64,000 bases of DNA from an uncultured delta proteobacterium (lineage in GTDB: Bacteria; Desulfobacterota; Zymogenia; Zymogenales; Zymogenaceae): the NCBI GenBank assembly GCA_963792965.1, contig CAWBYW010000007.1, positions 64,001 through 128,000 on the forward strand. Reading direction: 5' to 3'. A program made the position numbers and the translations under genes. Under the pieces are notes generated by a model, which worked only from the letters and a program-made list of their open reading frames with translations, had not been told where the DNA came from and did no database searches. This document shows positions 30,464-41,020 of this stretch, piece by piece. Position 1 is the first letter of the stretch. Every line of letters starts with the position of its first letter.

Positions 30464-32470
30464 TCACATGAACATCTCGTCCTTCTCCATCTCCAGGATC
30501 CTATCACGGATCTCGGCCGCCTTCTCGAAGTCGAGGTCGTGGGCGGCCTTGCGCATCTGTTTTCTGAGCTTCTCGATGTAGCGCTTCAGCTCGTGCTGAG
30601 ACTTAAACTTCAGCTCTTCCTTTTCCTCTCTCTGGACGGTATAGTAGTCCTGCTCGTAGATCGAGGTGAGGATCTCGCTGATCTCCTTCTTGATCGTGGC
30701 GGGGGTGATATTATTTTCGACGTTATACTCATTCTGGATCTTTCTCCTCCGATTTGACTCCGCGATGGCCGCCTCCATGGAGCGCGTGACGACGTCGGCG
30801 TACATGATGACCGTCCCGTCCAGGTTCCGTGCCGCCCGGCCGCTCGTCTGGATGAGGGAGCGCGCCGACCTCAGGAAACCCTCCTTGTCTGCGTCGAGAA
30901 TCGCCACCAGCGACACCTCCGGGATATCGAGCCCCTCCCTGAGCAGGTTGATACCGACGAGCACGTCGAACTTTCCGAGTCTCAGGTCCCGTATGATCGC
31001 CACCCGTTCCAGTGTCTCCACCTCCGAGTGGAGGTAGCGCGTCCTGATCCCAAGGCTTGCGTAGTACTCCGTCAGCTCCTCGGCCATCCGTTTTGTCAGG
31101 GTGGTCACCAGGACGCGGTTTCCCGCCGCCACCTGTCTCTTGATCTCGTCCAGGAGGTTATCGACCTGGTGCAGCGCCGGCCGCACCTCCACGCGCGGGT
31201 CCATCAGCCCCGTAGGGCGGATGATCTGCTCCACCACCACGCCGCCCGATTTTTTCAGCTCGAAATCAGCCGGGGTGGCCGATACGTAGACCGTCTGGTT
31301 GGTCATCGCCTCGAACTCATCGAAGGTAAGGGGGCGGTTATCCAGCGCCGAGGGAAGGCGGAACCCATACTCCACGAGCGTCCCCTTGCGGGAGCGGTCC
31401 CCCCGGAACATGCCGCCAATCTGCGGGATCGTGATATGTGACTCGTCCAGGAAGATGAGCCACTCCTTGGGGAAGTAGTCCAGGAGCGTTGGCGGGGGTT
31501 GACCGGGGAGCCTGCCGGTCAGGTGGCGCGAATAGTTTTCGATCCCCTGGCAGTAGCCGATTTCGCGCATCATCTCCAGGTCGAAACGCGTGCGCTCATC
31601 GATCCGCTGGGCCTCCAACAGCTTATTGTTGTCACGAAAGAACTTGACGCGCTCGGCGAGTTCCTCCTGGATCGTCTCGACGGCGCGCAGCATCAGCTCC
31701 CTCGGGGTGACATAGTGGCTGCCGGGAAAGAGCGTCACTTCCGTCAGCTCGGACGTGACGCGCCCGCGCAGGGGATCGATGTAGGCGATCCGCTCGACCG
31801 TATCGCCGTCGTACTGGACGCGGATGGCTCGGGCGTCCTCGTAGGCGGGGAAGATTTCGATGGTGTCACCCCGGACACGGAACGTTCCCCGCGAAAAGTC
31901 GATGTCGTTTCGGTCGTACTTGCTCTCGACCAGAGACAACAACAGCTCGTCCCGAAAAAAATTCTCCCCGACGACAAGCCTCACGACCATGTCGGCATAG
32001 GCGTCCGGAGAGCCGAGGCCGTATATGCAGGAGACCGAGGCGACGATGATCACATCGTCCCGGGAGAGGAGCGAGTGGGTGGCCGAGTGCCGCATCTTAT
32101 CGATCTCTTCATTGATGGCGGTGTCTTTCTCGATGTAGGTGTCGGTCCGGGGGATGTACGCCTCGGGCTGGTAGTAGTCGTAGTAGCTGACGAAATATTC
32201 GACCGCGTTGTTGGGGAAGAGCGTCTTGAATTCGGCGTAGAGCTGGGCCGCAAGGGTCTTGTTGGGCGCCATCACAAGGGAGGAGAGCCCCGTATTCTTG
32301 ATCACGTTGGCCATGGTGAAGGTCTTACCGGAGCCGGTTACGCCCAGCAGCACCTGATGTTTGTCTCCCCGGAGCACTCCCTCGGTGAGCTCGGCGATCG
32401 CCTGCGGCTGATCTCCTCTCGGGATGAAATCGGTGACCATTTCAAACGGTGATGTACGCCATCCGGCCAT
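30464..32470 (-). CDS. uvrB: Excinuclease ABC subunit B
   Basis: [37 protein letters not shown] tail. Confidence 0.98.
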   Translation of the reverse strand: MAGWRTSPFEMVTDFIPRGDQPQAIAELTEGVLRGDKHQVLLGVTGSGKTFTMANVIKNTGLSSLVMAPNKTLAAQLYAEFKTLFPNNAVEYFVSYYDYYQPEAYIPRTDTYIEKDTAINEEIDKMRHSATHSLLSRDDVIIVASVSCIYGLGSPDAYADMVVRLVVGENFFRDELLLSLVESKYDRNDIDFSRGTFRVRGDTIEIFPAYEDARAIRVQYDGDTVERIAYIDPLRGRVTSELTEVTLFPGSHYVTPRELMLRAVETIQEELAERVKFFRDNNKLLEAQRIDERTRFDLEMMREIGYCQGIENYSRHLTGRLPGQPPPTLLDYFPKEWLIFLDESHITIPQIGGMFRGDRSRKGTLVEYGFRLPSALDNRPLTFDEFEAMTNQTVYVSATPADFELKKSGGVVVEQIIRPTGLMDPRVEVRPALHQVDNLLDEIKRQVAAGNRVLVTTLTKRMAEELTEYYASLGIRTRYLHSEVETLERVAIIRDLRLGKFDVLVGINLLREGLDIPEVSLVAILDADKEGFLRSARSLIQTSGRAARNLDGTVIMYADVVTRSMEAAIAESNRRRKIQNEYNVENNITPATIKKEISEILTSIYEQDYYTVQREEKEELKFKSQHELKRYIEKLRKQMRKAAHDLDFEKAAEIRDRILEMEKDEMFM

Positions 32471-33297
32471 TACGTCACTTTCTCCGAGCGTGTAGTGGGT
32501 GATATATCCAGGGGGGCCGCGTTGTTTCTTTTCGCGTAAAGGCTCAGGAGCCGCCGGGCCGGATCAGCTGTGGGATCGAGGCTCATAGTGATAGCCCTCT
32601 TAGGGCACACATCCATGCAGCGACCGCACCCTTTGCACAGCTCCTGATCAATCCGGGCGACTCCCGTGGAAACCCGAATCGCCCGGGCAAAGCAGCCCGC
32701 TTCGCATGCCCCGCATCCATCACAGCCCGTGCCGACGGAGACTGTCAGGCCGTCAAGCCGGTGCATGGTGAGGGACGCACCGCCGTCGATCCCGAGGCGC
32801 ACGCCCCGGCGCACCGAGCAACAGCAATCACAGCAAAAACAGATGTTCATCATCCGCCCGTAGTCTATGCCCCAGAGCCACGCGTCAAACCTGTTGTGGA
32901 CGACCAGCGGAACAAGTCCCGCACGGATCGCCCGCTCGGCGTGCGACAGCGCTTCGTCGGGGCCGACGATTCTGCCCAGGCCCTTGGAGAGCTCGCGGAC
33001 GGCCGGACCGAAGAGGAGACAGCCGAGATCGACGGGATAAGACGCGCATCCCTCTCCGCGGCGGCAGAGGCACTCGCGCATGATCGCGATGCCGTCGGCG
33101 CGCTCCACAAAGGCGGATATGATCTTCACGGGGAGCACCACGGCGCCGCCCGGCGGCACCGATTCGTTGACCGGGATGATGTGGGACGAGTTTGTCTCAT
33201 CTGTCGATCGGGCCCTGAAGGGACGAAATCGCTCCAGCCGCTGGAAGGGCTTGTAAAATCGCATCATGAGATGGTAGAGAAAAGCGGGTCTTCCCAT
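32470..33297 (-). CDS. 4Fe-4S binding protein with CxCCxCCC motif
   Basis: [36 protein letters not shown]; stop overlaps the uvrB start. Confidence 0.85.
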   Translation of the reverse strand: MGRPAFLYHLMMRFYKPFQRLERFRPFRARSTDETNSSHIIPVNESVPPGGAVVLPVKIISAFVERADGIAIMRECLCRRGEGCASYPVDLGCLLFGPAVRELSKGLGRIVGPDEALSHAERAIRAGLVPLVVHNRFDAWLWGIDYGRMMNICFCCDCCCSVRRGVRLGIDGGASLTMHRLDGLTVSVGTGCDGCGACEAGCFARAIRVSTGVARIDQELCKGCGRCMDVCPKRAITMSLDPTADPARRLLSLYAKRNNAAPLDISPTTRSEKVT

Positions 33298-33322
33298 AGC
33301 TACGTTACACACGCGTCCTGCA

Positions 33323-34786
33323 TCACTTCAGCTTCCACGTCGTCCAGCCGGGGCCGTCTTCGAGGATCACACCCTTTTCGATGAGCTCATTTCTGATAGC
33401 GTCCGCCCGAGCGAAGTCCTTCGTCTTGCGGGCGGCATATCTCTCCTCGATGAGCCGGTCGATATCCCCGGCGTCGATGCCGAGCTCTGCAAGCTTGAGT
33501 GAGCGCGTCTGTGAAAGGTAAGCGTCCGGCTTGCGGTCCAGGATCCCGAGCACGGAAAGGGGGCTACCGATCTTCTCCCAGGCGGCGGCAAGTGCCAGCC
33601 GGTCTTCCTCGGAGGGGGACGATGCCCCGTCGATGAAGCGGTTTATGATATGGGACAGATCGAAGAGCTTGCCGAGGGCCAGCGCGGTATTGAAATCATC
33701 GTCCATGGCCGCGTCGAAATCGGCGACAAACGAGGCCGCGGCATCGGTGATCTCTTTTCGGGCCGAAGCTTCGCCGCCGGCCCCGGCTTCTATCTTACGG
33801 GCCTCGGCAATCCTGCCCTTGGTCGCGTAGAGGCGGCCGAGGGCCTCCTCGGTGTCTTTCAGGTTCTTCTCGGAGAAGTCAATCGGATTGCGGTACTGTA
33901 CCGACAACAGAAAGAGGCGTACCACCTCGGGGTGGTATCTCTTGAGGATGTCCCGGACGGTGAAGAACTTGCCGGTGGACTTGCTCATCTTCTCTGAATC
34001 GATGTTGACAAAACCGTTATGGATAAAATAGCGGACGAAGGGTTTCCCGGTCGCCGCCTCCGATTGGGCGATCTCGTTTTCGTGGTGCGGGAAGATGAGG
34101 TCCTTTCCGCCGCCGTGAATATCGATGGTGTCCCCGAGGATGCTTGAGCTCATGGCGGAGCACTCGATGTGCCAGCCGGGCCGGCCCTTTCCCCAGGGGC
34201 TCTCCCATGAGGGCTCGCCGGGTTTTGCGGCTTTCCAGAGGATAAAGTCGAGGGGATCCTGTTTCTTTTCATCCACGCCCACCCGTGCGCCGGACTCGAG
34301 CTCGTCTATCTTTTTTCCGGAGAGTTTCCCGTAGCCGGCGAATTTCTTCACGGAAAATGCCACGTCGTCCCCGGCTTTATAGGCGTACCCCTTCTCGAAG
34401 AGTCTCCCGATGAGGGCGATCATCTCCATGATCGTCTCGGTGGCCCTGGGCTCCCGGTCCGGACGCTGGACCCCGAGGGCATCCATGTCGACGTGGTATT
34501 CGGCGATGAAGCGCTCGGAAAGCTCCGTGGTCGATTCCTTCAGCTCATTTGCCCGCTTGATGATCTTGTCGTCGATGTCGGTGAAGTTGCGCACGTAGGT
34601 GACATCGTACCCCTTGTGTTTCAGGTATCTGTAGACGACGTCAAACGCCACGTACGCGCGTGCGTGGCCGATGTGGGAAAAATCATAGGCGGTGATGCCG
34701 CAGACGTACATGCTGACCTTATTCGGAAAAAGCGGTACGAATTCTTCCTTTCTGTTGGAGAGTGAGTTGTGGATGAGGAGGGGCAT
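33323..34786 (-). CDS. cysS: Cysteine--tRNA ligase
   Basis: YVCGITAYD..HIGH, GRPGWHIECS, HGGGKDLIFPHHENE, KMSKS. Confidence 0.98.
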   Translation of the reverse strand: MPLLIHNSLSNRKEEFVPLFPNKVSMYVCGITAYDFSHIGHARAYVAFDVVYRYLKHKGYDVTYVRNFTDIDDKIIKRANELKESTTELSERFIAEYHVDMDALGVQRPDREPRATETIMEMIALIGRLFEKGYAYKAGDDVAFSVKKFAGYGKLSGKKIDELESGARVGVDEKKQDPLDFILWKAAKPGEPSWESPWGKGRPGWHIECSAMSSSILGDTIDIHGGGKDLIFPHHENEIAQSEAATGKPFVRYFIHNGFVNIDSEKMSKSTGKFFTVRDILKRYHPEVVRLFLLSVQYRNPIDFSEKNLKDTEEALGRLYATKGRIAEARKIEAGAGGEASARKEITDAAASFVADFDAAMDDDFNTALALGKLFDLSHIINRFIDGASSPSEEDRLALAAAWEKIGSPLSVLGILDRKPDAYLSQTRSLKLAELGIDAGDIDRLIEERYAARKTKDFARADAIRNELIEKGVILEDGPGWTTWKLK

Positions 34787-35105
34787 GGGAACCTCGGGCA
34801 AATGATATTTAATCTTTTTAGAATATCATATATTCGGCATGTTCGTCAAGGAATGTGAGATTTGGGGAAAAGTTACCGGCGATTAGACGATGAACGGTTG
34901 GATTAATATAGGGTATTACCGGAAAGGGCACCGTACAAAAGGAAAATTGATACCCGGTTGCCGGGAGTAAGAGTTATAGGTGCGGACGCCCCGCCCACTG
35001 GGGCTGATCCTTTTTTCGCGTGACCCGACGAGGAAACAGAGAAGTGGTTTCGGACTGCCGCCACACTAACGGAGAGGCGGCCCATCAAGTATTTAGTCGT
35101 AATCC

Positions 35106-35134
35106 TTGACAAATCAGCACCCGCAGGGTAATCT
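35106..35134 (+). promoter_or_regulatory. Sigma70-type promoter for the first MFS gene
   Basis: TTGACA-N17-TAATCT. Confidence 0.65.
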
Positions 35135-35165
35135 GCAATTTCTTTATTATTCTTTGTGGATTCAT

Positions 35166-36581
35166 ATGAAAAAGAGACTCGAAAGGTTCCCCCTCTGGGG
35201 ACAGGTCCTGTATTCGAGCGGGGCCCTCGGGTGGACCATGGCCGACCGTATCTGGGTCACGTTCATGGTCTATTTTTATCTCCCGCCCAAGGAATCCGGC
35301 ATGCCGGAGCTGATCAACAATGTGACGTTCTGGGGGGTGCTGACGGTCGCGGGGCTTGCGCACATCTTCGGCCGCAGCATAGACGCGATCTCCAACCCGC
35401 TCGTCGCCTCCTGGAGCGACCGCAGCAGATCAAAAATGGGCAGGCGCAAGAAGTTCCTCATCTGGGGTGGGCTCCCGTTGATGCTGGCGACCGCGCTGCT
35501 CTTCTTCCCCCCCTCAATGGGGGCGACCGCGCTCAACGGCGTCTATATGGCCGTCATGCTCGGGTGCCTCCTCTTCTTTTTTACCTTCTACGTCGCCCCA
35601 TGGCTTGCCCTTATCCCGGAGCTTTCCCATACCGACCGGGAAAGGATGAACATCGTCACGATCCAGGCGATCTTCACGCTGGCGGCTTCGGTGATCGTTA
35701 TGGTCGGCGGGTACGTCCTTTGGGGGGCGCTTGAGGGAACGGGCATTGAGAAGGGGAGGGCGCTGCAGCTTGCCGTCGTCATCATGGCGGCCTTCGGCCT
35801 CATCTTCTGCTATCTGGCCGTGATTCCCATCGACGAAAAGCGCTACTGCGCCTCGGTGCCCTCAGAGATGGGAATGATCGAGTCGATGAAGCTCACGCTC
35901 TCCAACCGGGCGTTTTTGCCCTATCTCTTTGGAGCGATTTGCCTGACCTTCGGCATAAATATTGTCTCCCAGGCGGCCACCTACTACGTCACGGTCATCC
36001 TTCGAAGGGAGGAGGCCTTCGCGGGTACGCTCTTTGCCGTTATCTTCGGCGTTGCCCTCGTTGCTTTCTTTCTCATCAACCTGCTCACCCGTTACGTGCT
36101 CAAGAAGACCGTGATGATGATCTCGCTGGGCATCTTCGGGGTTTGCGCCTGTCTCCTTTATTGGATGGGGACCGACGCGATCCCCTTTCCCCCGGTCGTC
36201 CAGGCGTTTTGCATCCTCGGCCTGATCGGGATTCCGGTCGCGGCCGTAATGATCCTTCCCAACGCCATGATCTCAGATGTCGCCCAGTACGACGCGATAA
36301 GGACCGGCACTAACCGGGAGGCGATGTACTTCGGCGTCCAGGGGATCTTCGAGAAGATCAACCTCGGCATCTCGTCGGTGACGCTTGTCTTTCTGCTGTC
36401 CACCTTCGGCAAGGATATCGCACGTCCCCTCGGTATCAAGATATCCGGGCCGGTGACCGGGGTAGTCGCGCTGGTCGGCATCATCATCTTTATCTTCTAT
36501 CCCGAAAGAAAGATCATGGAGCTCCTCGACCGACACCGTATGGAGGCCGGAGAGGGGGTTGCGGCGGAAAAAATCCGTTGA
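35166..36581 (+). CDS. GPH-family (MelB-like) MFS transporter, paralog 1
   Basis: GRSIDAISNPLVASWSDR..GRRK, PWLALIPEL, REAMYFG; about 12 TM segments. Confidence 0.9.
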   Translation: MKKRLERFPLWGQVLYSSGALGWTMADRIWVTFMVYFYLPPKESGMPELINNVTFWGVLTVAGLAHIFGRSIDAISNPLVASWSDRSRSKMGRRKKFLIWGGLPLMLATALLFFPPSMGATALNGVYMAVMLGCLLFFFTFYVAPWLALIPELSHTDRERMNIVTIQAIFTLAASVIVMVGGYVLWGALEGTGIEKGRALQLAVVIMAAFGLIFCYLAVIPIDEKRYCASVPSEMGMIESMKLTLSNRAFLPYLFGAICLTFGINIVSQAATYYVTVILRREEAFAGTLFAVIFGVALVAFFLINLLTRYVLKKTVMMISLGIFGVCACLLYWMGTDAIPFPPVVQAFCILGLIGIPVAAVMILPNAMISDVAQYDAIRTGTNREAMYFGVQGIFEKINLGISSVTLVFLLSTFGKDIARPLGIKISGPVTGVVALVGIIIFIFYPERKIMELLDRHRMEAGEGVAAEKIR

Positions 36582-36606
36582 CAAACGCAGGGCGTTGATT
36601 TAGCCT
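36578..36606 (+). promoter_or_regulatory. Sigma70-type promoter for the second MFS gene
   Basis: TTGACA-N17-TAGCCT, with the -35 overlapping the upstream TGA stop. Confidence 0.55.
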
Positions 36607-36633
36607 AAAACCATACATTTTTGGGTGACTTAT

Positions 36634-38028
36634 ATGAAAAAGAGCGTCGAGAAATTTCCCCTGTGGGGCCAGATCGTCTATTCGAGCGGATACGTGGGAT
36701 TTACCATCGCCGACCGGATATGGGTCACCTTTATGCTTTATTTTTACCTCCCCCCGAAGGAATCTGGGCTCCATGAGCTCATATTGAACAAGACGTTTCT
36801 TGGGATCTTAACGGTCGCGGGTCTCGCCGTAATCTTCGGCAGAATCGTGGACGCCATCACAAACCCGTTGGTAGCAAGTTGGAGCGACAGAAGCACCTCT
36901 AAGATCGGGAGAAGAAAAATATTCCTCGTCTTCGGCGGACTTCCGCTCATGGCTGCGACGGCTCTTCTCTTCTTTCCCCTGACCTCGGGGGTCTCGACGG
37001 CCAACGCCGTCTATATGGCCTTGATGCTCGGGTGTCTCCTGTTTTTCTTCACCTTCTACGTGACGCCGTGGCTTGCCCTCATCCCGGAGCTTTCACACAC
37101 GGATGCAGAACGGATCAACATCACCACCATGCAGGCTGCTTTTTCGCTCGTGGGAATCGTCATCGTCATGATCGGCGGCTATGCCCTGTGGGGGGTGATC
37201 GAGCATGCCGGCGTGGACAAGACGCGCGCGCTGCAGCTTACCATCGTCATCCTTTCGGTCATCGGTCTCATTTCCTGCTACGTTTCGATCATCCCGATCA
37301 ATGAGAAAAGATACAGCGCCACGGCCCCCGCCGAGCTGGGGATGTGGGATTCGCTGAAATTGACGTTCAAGAACCGACCGTTCATCCCCTATCTCGTCGG
37401 GACGATCTGTCTCTGGTTCGGCCTCAACGTCGTCTCGGAATCCGCGACCTACTACGTCACGGTCCTCCTCGGCAGGCCCGAAACCTTTGCGAGTGTCGTT
37501 TTTGCCTTTGTCTTCGGCGTGGCGCTCGTGTTTTTCCCGATCATCAATTTTGCCAGCCGGCGCATCGGAAAGAAGATGATCATGATTATCAGCCTGGCGG
37601 TCTTCGCGTTCTGCGCTGTCTTTCTCTACTTTCTCGGCAGCAGCGCGTTCCTGCTTTCTCCCGTCAACCAGGCCTTTATCATCTTCGGCGTGATGGGGAT
37701 ACCGGTTTCGGCGCTTTTGGCCGTACCCAACGCCATGATCGCGGATCTTGCCGAATATGACGCCGTCAAGACCGGAATTAACCGGGACGCGATGTACTTC
37801 GGCGCCCAGGGACTGGTGCAGAAGGTCAACCTCGGCGTCGCGACGCTCGTGCTTGCCTATCTCTTTGCCGCCTTCGGAAAGGATGTCGCCAATCCCGAGG
37901 GCGTTAGGCTCTCAGGATTCGTTACGGCGCTGGTCTGCGTCGTCGGAATAGTCTTTTATCTCTTTTATCCGGAAGGGGAGATCCTCAAGGTGCTGGAGAA
38001 GAGCAGGGCAAAGTCGGTAAAGGCATAA
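36634..38028 (+). CDS. GPH-family (MelB-like) MFS transporter, paralog 2
   Basis: Collinear with paralog 1 (FPLWGQ, ADRIWVTFM, YFYLPPKESG, PWLALIPELSHTD). Confidence 0.9.
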   Translation: MKKSVEKFPLWGQIVYSSGYVGFTIADRIWVTFMLYFYLPPKESGLHELILNKTFLGILTVAGLAVIFGRIVDAITNPLVASWSDRSTSKIGRRKIFLVFGGLPLMAATALLFFPLTSGVSTANAVYMALMLGCLLFFFTFYVTPWLALIPELSHTDAERINITTMQAAFSLVGIVIVMIGGYALWGVIEHAGVDKTRALQLTIVILSVIGLISCYVSIIPINEKRYSATAPAELGMWDSLKLTFKNRPFIPYLVGTICLWFGLNVVSESATYYVTVLLGRPETFASVVFAFVFGVALVFFPIINFASRRIGKKMIMIISLAVFAFCAVFLYFLGSSAFLLSPVNQAFIIFGVMGIPVSALLAVPNAMIADLAEYDAVKTGINRDAMYFGAQGLVQKVNLGVATLVLAYLFAAFGKDVANPEGVRLSGFVTALVCVVGIVFYLFYPEGEILKVLEKSRAKSVKA

Positions 38029-38030
38029 CT

Positions 38031-39089
38031 ATGAGACTTCGCCTGATGAACATATTCCTCTGCCTATCGCTCATCTGTGCCTTATTCTCGTGGGCCGCGG
38101 AAGGCGCCGAATCCGAATCAATAAAGGCCGTCGTGAAAACCGGGGGATTTGACCTCAAGACGCGCCCCGATATCGATTCCGATACGATTATATCGGTGAA
38201 AGGCGGCCAGGCCGTCCTGATCGTCGTCTGCCTCAAGGAGACCGATGTCGTTTCGGGATTACCGGGGAGATGGTGCCTTGTCCGATACCGGGGGGTCGAC
38301 GGGTGGATGATCAATACGTGTCTTGATACGGAGGACCCGGCGGCGGAGAAGACATACCGTGATGTCCCCGCGCTCGACGAAGAGACGGATGCGCTCTATA
38401 GGGCAAAGGAATCTCACGACCTCGAAGAGACGGCACGCCTCGGCTCATTAATCGTCAGCCAGGTCGAGGAGAATTTTTCCGAAAGAGAGATCAGACAGAG
38501 CAAGAGGCTCTCGTCTACCGTCCTCAGCTGCGTTTCGGACCGGATCGAGGCCCTCGTGTTTCTCCACCGGTTCGAAGAAGCCAGACGCGCCTATGACTAT
38601 CTTATGAAGACGTATCCCGACGCGACTCTCGAGTCCGATTCTATCACCGCCCGCGAGCTCACTGAACCGTACATGGTCTTTATCGACAACTACGGTTCAG
38701 CCGCCCTCTTCGATAATCCTAAGGAGCCGATGGAAGAGCTCAGGAAGGCGCTGGGGAAAAGGGATATCTCCCGGGTTTCCAAGCTCGCCGTGCCGGGTGT
38801 CTTCGAGGTGTGGGTCGCGTACACTGATTGGGTGGTTAAGCTTGGCGAAAAAAAACTCGATGATGAATCGTGGCTTTCTCAATCATGGGAGACAAACTGG
38901 AAGATCGAAGGGGTCACGGACAGAAGGGACGACAGGGGTAAGATCATCGGTCACTGTGTGGTCACCAAGCCATGGAAGATCGATTACTATGATATACCGG
39001 TAACCCGGGTCGACTTCTGTATCGACCGACTGCCCGACGGTACCTACGCCTTCAGTTATCTGATCTTATATACAATACCCACTCAATGA
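38031..39089 (+). CDS. Exported protein with N-terminal bacterial SH3-like domain and helical region
   Basis: Signal peptide; GFDLKTRPDIDS...GRWCLVRYRGVDGWM resembles SH3b. Confidence 0.65.
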   Translation: MRLRLMNIFLCLSLICALFSWAAEGAESESIKAVVKTGGFDLKTRPDIDSDTIISVKGGQAVLIVVCLKETDVVSGLPGRWCLVRYRGVDGWMINTCLDTEDPAAEKTYRDVPALDEETDALYRAKESHDLEETARLGSLIVSQVEENFSEREIRQSKRLSSTVLSCVSDRIEALVFLHRFEEARRAYDYLMKTYPDATLESDSITARELTEPYMVFIDNYGSAALFDNPKEPMEELRKALGKRDISRVSKLAVPGVFEVWVAYTDWVVKLGEKKLDDESWLSQSWETNWKIEGVTDRRDDRGKIIGHCVVTKPWKIDYYDIPVTRVDFCIDRLPDGTYAFSYLILYTIPTQ

Positions 39090-39176
39090 GACGAGACAGG
39101 ACGATGCTTCCCTTGAGCATCCTTGTAGCATATAAAAACTTTATTATGTAAGCACCTGAACTGAACGGGAGAACCC

Positions 39177-39698
39177 ATGAAGAAAAACGTGATACTGGCA
39201 TCGTGCGTGGTTTTTGTGATCGCGCTTTCGTGCTGCAAATCCGGGCCGCGGGTATATGCGCCGCCGCCGGTAAGCCCCGCCAAATATAAGAGCGTCTACG
39301 TCGACGTCGTCTACGATCCCGTCCTTCTTGTCACCCACGACGATACGGAGGCGATCGTAAAGGACCTGCACTCGCGCCTGGCGGCTATGGGATTTGTGCC
39401 CTCGATTTCTTCCGAACATGCCGACATGACGCTGAGAATAACCATCGACGAGCTCGACCTTACCGGCCGGGAAGGGCGGCTGCTTGCGGGAGCGACCTTC
39501 GGCCTGACCAAGAAGAAGGCCCGTATGATATATACGGCATCTTTTGTCGACAACAAGACCCTGGACGAGATCACCTCCGTAAAGCATGAGCTCGACAGCA
39601 AGAAGTACTTCCCGTCGAAGGAGGAGCTCAAGGCAAAATTCATCGCCGAGATGAAGGATCAGATAGTGAAGTTCATGTCGGAGTCGAAGGACTTCTAA
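39177..39698 (+). CDS. Putative lipoprotein (DUF4410-like)
   Basis: Basic N-terminus, hydrophobic stretch and LSCC lipobox; GGAG RBS; family call tentative. Confidence 0.65.
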   Translation: MKKNVILASCVVFVIALSCCKSGPRVYAPPPVSPAKYKSVYVDVVYDPVLLVTHDDTEAIVKDLHSRLAAMGFVPSISSEHADMTLRITIDELDLTGREGRLLAGATFGLTKKKARMIYTASFVDNKTLDEITSVKHELDSKKYFPSKEELKAKFIAEMKDQIVKFMSESKDF

Positions 39699-39710
39699 TA
39701 CTCCGAGACA

Positions 39711-39743
39711 AGGAAGGCCGTCGATACGAGCGACGGCCTTCCT
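39711..39743 (+). terminator. Stem-loop after the lipoprotein gene
   Basis: AGGAAGGCCGTCG-N7-CGACGGCCTTCCT 13-bp inverted repeat; no strong U-tract. Confidence 0.5.
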
Positions 39744-40087
39744 CCGTCTGGCCGCAGGCTTGGGTAGTTGCCGACATAAAGAGTGGTGCGTCGTAACCGG
39801 TCCTGCGATGCGGCTATCGGTGTTTTCCCGAGATCCTGTTGGATAGAAGATCATAGATGATGGCCGGACAGACGCGCGTGCCGGCGTACGCCCCTTTGCG
39901 GAGAGCAGGCGGCGCGACGAATCCGGAGCGATCATCTGGGCCTATCGCACTCCGTTTTCGCCATCGTGCGGCGTCATGATTTTGGTGGATTTTCCTTTCG
40001 TTTCCTGATCTAATAGAAAGAATTCTTCTTCTTTCCATCGCCGCAAAGGCGGCGGGGCATCGGTGCACTCGGATTTCTCGGTTTGAC

Positions 40088-40954
40088 ATGGACCTCACCT
40101 TTTTTGCGATTCTCTTGCTTTATCTCGTCGCCGGCATAATCGCCGGAATAAACACCGGCTTTATCGGTGGAGGCGGCGGGGTGATAACCGTTCCGATTCT
40201 CATCTACTCCTTCACCTTCCTCGGGTATCCTGAAAACGCCTCCATCCATACGGCCGTAGGGACGAGTCTCTTTGTCATCATCTTCAACGCCGCGGCAAGC
40301 TCGCTGGTCCACCTGAAGAAAAACATCATACATCACCGGCTGCTACTGGTCATGGTCATCTTCGGCGTAGTCGGGGCCGTCGTGGGGGGGACAGCCTCCG
40401 CTGTGACCGCCGGTCCGATATTCAAGAAACTGCTGGCCGTGTTCCTCCTGATTACCGCCGTTCGCTTCTTGCGGGCGTCACGGAAGGGGCGTAAAGAACA
40501 GGAGGCGCTCCTGGCCGAACGGGACGCCGTCGAGTGCCAATTAAGCGAGCGGGAGCACCCACCGAAGACCTTCGTCTTTTGCGGGATCATCGGCTTGTTT
40601 TCCGGATTTGTGGCGAGCTTCTTCGGCATCGGCGGCGGCGCCATCACGATCCCCTTGGGCATGCTCCTGGTGAACTTCTCGATGCTCGAGGCCATCTGTT
40701 ATTCGACCTGCCTTATGACCGTCTGCACGATTGTCGGCGTGGTGGTGCTGGCCGTCGCGGGGGCAAAAGCGCCGGATCACGTTCCCTATTCGATCGGCTA
40801 CGTAAATTACGTCGCCGGGATCATAATGGCCGTCTCTGGAACATACTCGGCCAAGTGGGCGGCCCTCAAGGTCCATTCGATGAACCAGGCACTGCTCATG
40901 CGCATCGTCACCGTCGTCATCATCATAGCTGCCGTGGGTCTCTTCATAAAATAG
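40088..40954 (+). CDS. TauE/SafE (TSUP) family permease
   Basis: Two repeats GFIGGGGGVITVP and FFGIGGGAITIP; AVGTSL. Confidence 0.88.
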   Translation: MDLTFFAILLLYLVAGIIAGINTGFIGGGGGVITVPILIYSFTFLGYPENASIHTAVGTSLFVIIFNAAASSLVHLKKNIIHHRLLLVMVIFGVVGAVVGGTASAVTAGPIFKKLLAVFLLITAVRFLRASRKGRKEQEALLAERDAVECQLSEREHPPKTFVFCGIIGLFSGFVASFFGIGGGAITIPLGMLLVNFSMLEAICYSTCLMTVCTIVGVVVLAVAGAKAPDHVPYSIGYVNYVAGIIMAVSGTYSAKWAALKVHSMNQALLMRIVTVVIIIAAVGLFIK

Positions 40955-41020
40955 CACATCGGCCTTGACCCATCGGCAATGATGGGGTATATACATATTT
41001 CACTCTTTACATACGGGACT

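Noticed and set aside
34860-35100. Possible ncRNA between cysS and the MFS genes
   Set aside because: Only short hairpins; no match to tRNA, SRP, 6S or riboswitch patterns.
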